In this document: one piece after another, positions 63,801-64,000 of the stretch
Layout: each line of letters opens with the position of its first letter
How positions within the stretch are numbered: the stretch's first letter is position 1
Source: Parasitella parasitica NRRL 2501
Lineage: Eukaryota > Fungi > Mucoromycota
DNA: 64,000 nt
NCBI GenBank assembly: GCA_025201805.1
Contig: MU619258.1
Span: 62,001-126,000, forward strand
Direction of reading: 5' to 3'
Notes under the pieces: model-generated
The model's input: only the letters and a program-made list of their open reading frames with translations
Database searches by the model: none
Told to the model about the DNA's origin: nothing
Made by a program: the position numbers and the translations under genes

Positions 63801-64000
63801 CGCCTTCTTTTGTAAAGATGGCCGTCTCTCTCAATCTCTTTAATTCAATGTCGCTCAACGTTGCTTGCACAGAGGTAAGGTATTTCACCAATTCTATATG
63901 AGACCAGCTCCCATCAGAGATCAATCTATCAAACACCATTTGCAATTCCACATGCTACATGGTACAGCTAGTTAGCCAACAGAAAAAAAAAAAACGCAAC
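60830..64000 (-). CDS. 3' part of a large DUF3684 / sacsin-like protein with CUE-like domain and C-terminal HExxH motif (5' end outside the window)
   Basis: WSHIELVKYLTSVQ..L...EL.RLRETAIF; NLRRKGVPVDRIL; IFYDSEGPAIAFNSSGSLFMNLRYY; YWFMTICHELAHNFVSAHSSEHEFY. Two long ORFs joined by a short intron. Confidence 0.75.

Noticed and set aside
1-64000. CRISPR arrays, rRNA and tRNA genes
   Set aside because: None recognised by eye; a tRNAscan-SE/Infernal run would be needed to exclude small RNAs.

Overview
Eukaryotic, intron-rich (about 50-85 nt GT-AG introns), gene-dense fungal DNA. Gene and transposon content point to a Mucorales genome (Mucor/Parasitella-like; inference). About 20 protein genes are present: amino-acid transporter, pathogen-related/NTF2-like protein, mito-ribosomal mL40, caleosin, RhoGEF, NDUFA6, F-box, GTP cyclohydrolase I, M20 amidohydrolase, REEP/Yop1, CNPPD1-like cyclin, divergent Exo1, COX6A, NDUFB7 and the 3' part of a DUF3684/sacsin-like gene. 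The dominant feature is one 19.2-kb, 12-exon gene (39615-58838, about 6,170 codons by manual splicing) that the ORF track splits into many pieces. It encodes ten tandem ricin-B-like beta-trefoils, about 19 helical repeats interleaved with Ala/Gly-rich hydrophobic segments, and a degenerate C-terminal HAD-like domain. The ten-trefoil architecture matches what I recall of the Gellin wound-gelation proteins of Mucoromycota. An accessory block at about 30.9-39.4 kb holds a near-perfect 690-bp inverted duplication built on a Tc1/mariner 3' end, a 5'-truncated LINE with a 15-bp target-site duplication, and an Exo1 paralog with altered catalytic residues. No rRNA, tRNA or CRISPR was recognised. All exon coordinates were read by eye, family calls are from memory of motifs, and no database search was run.
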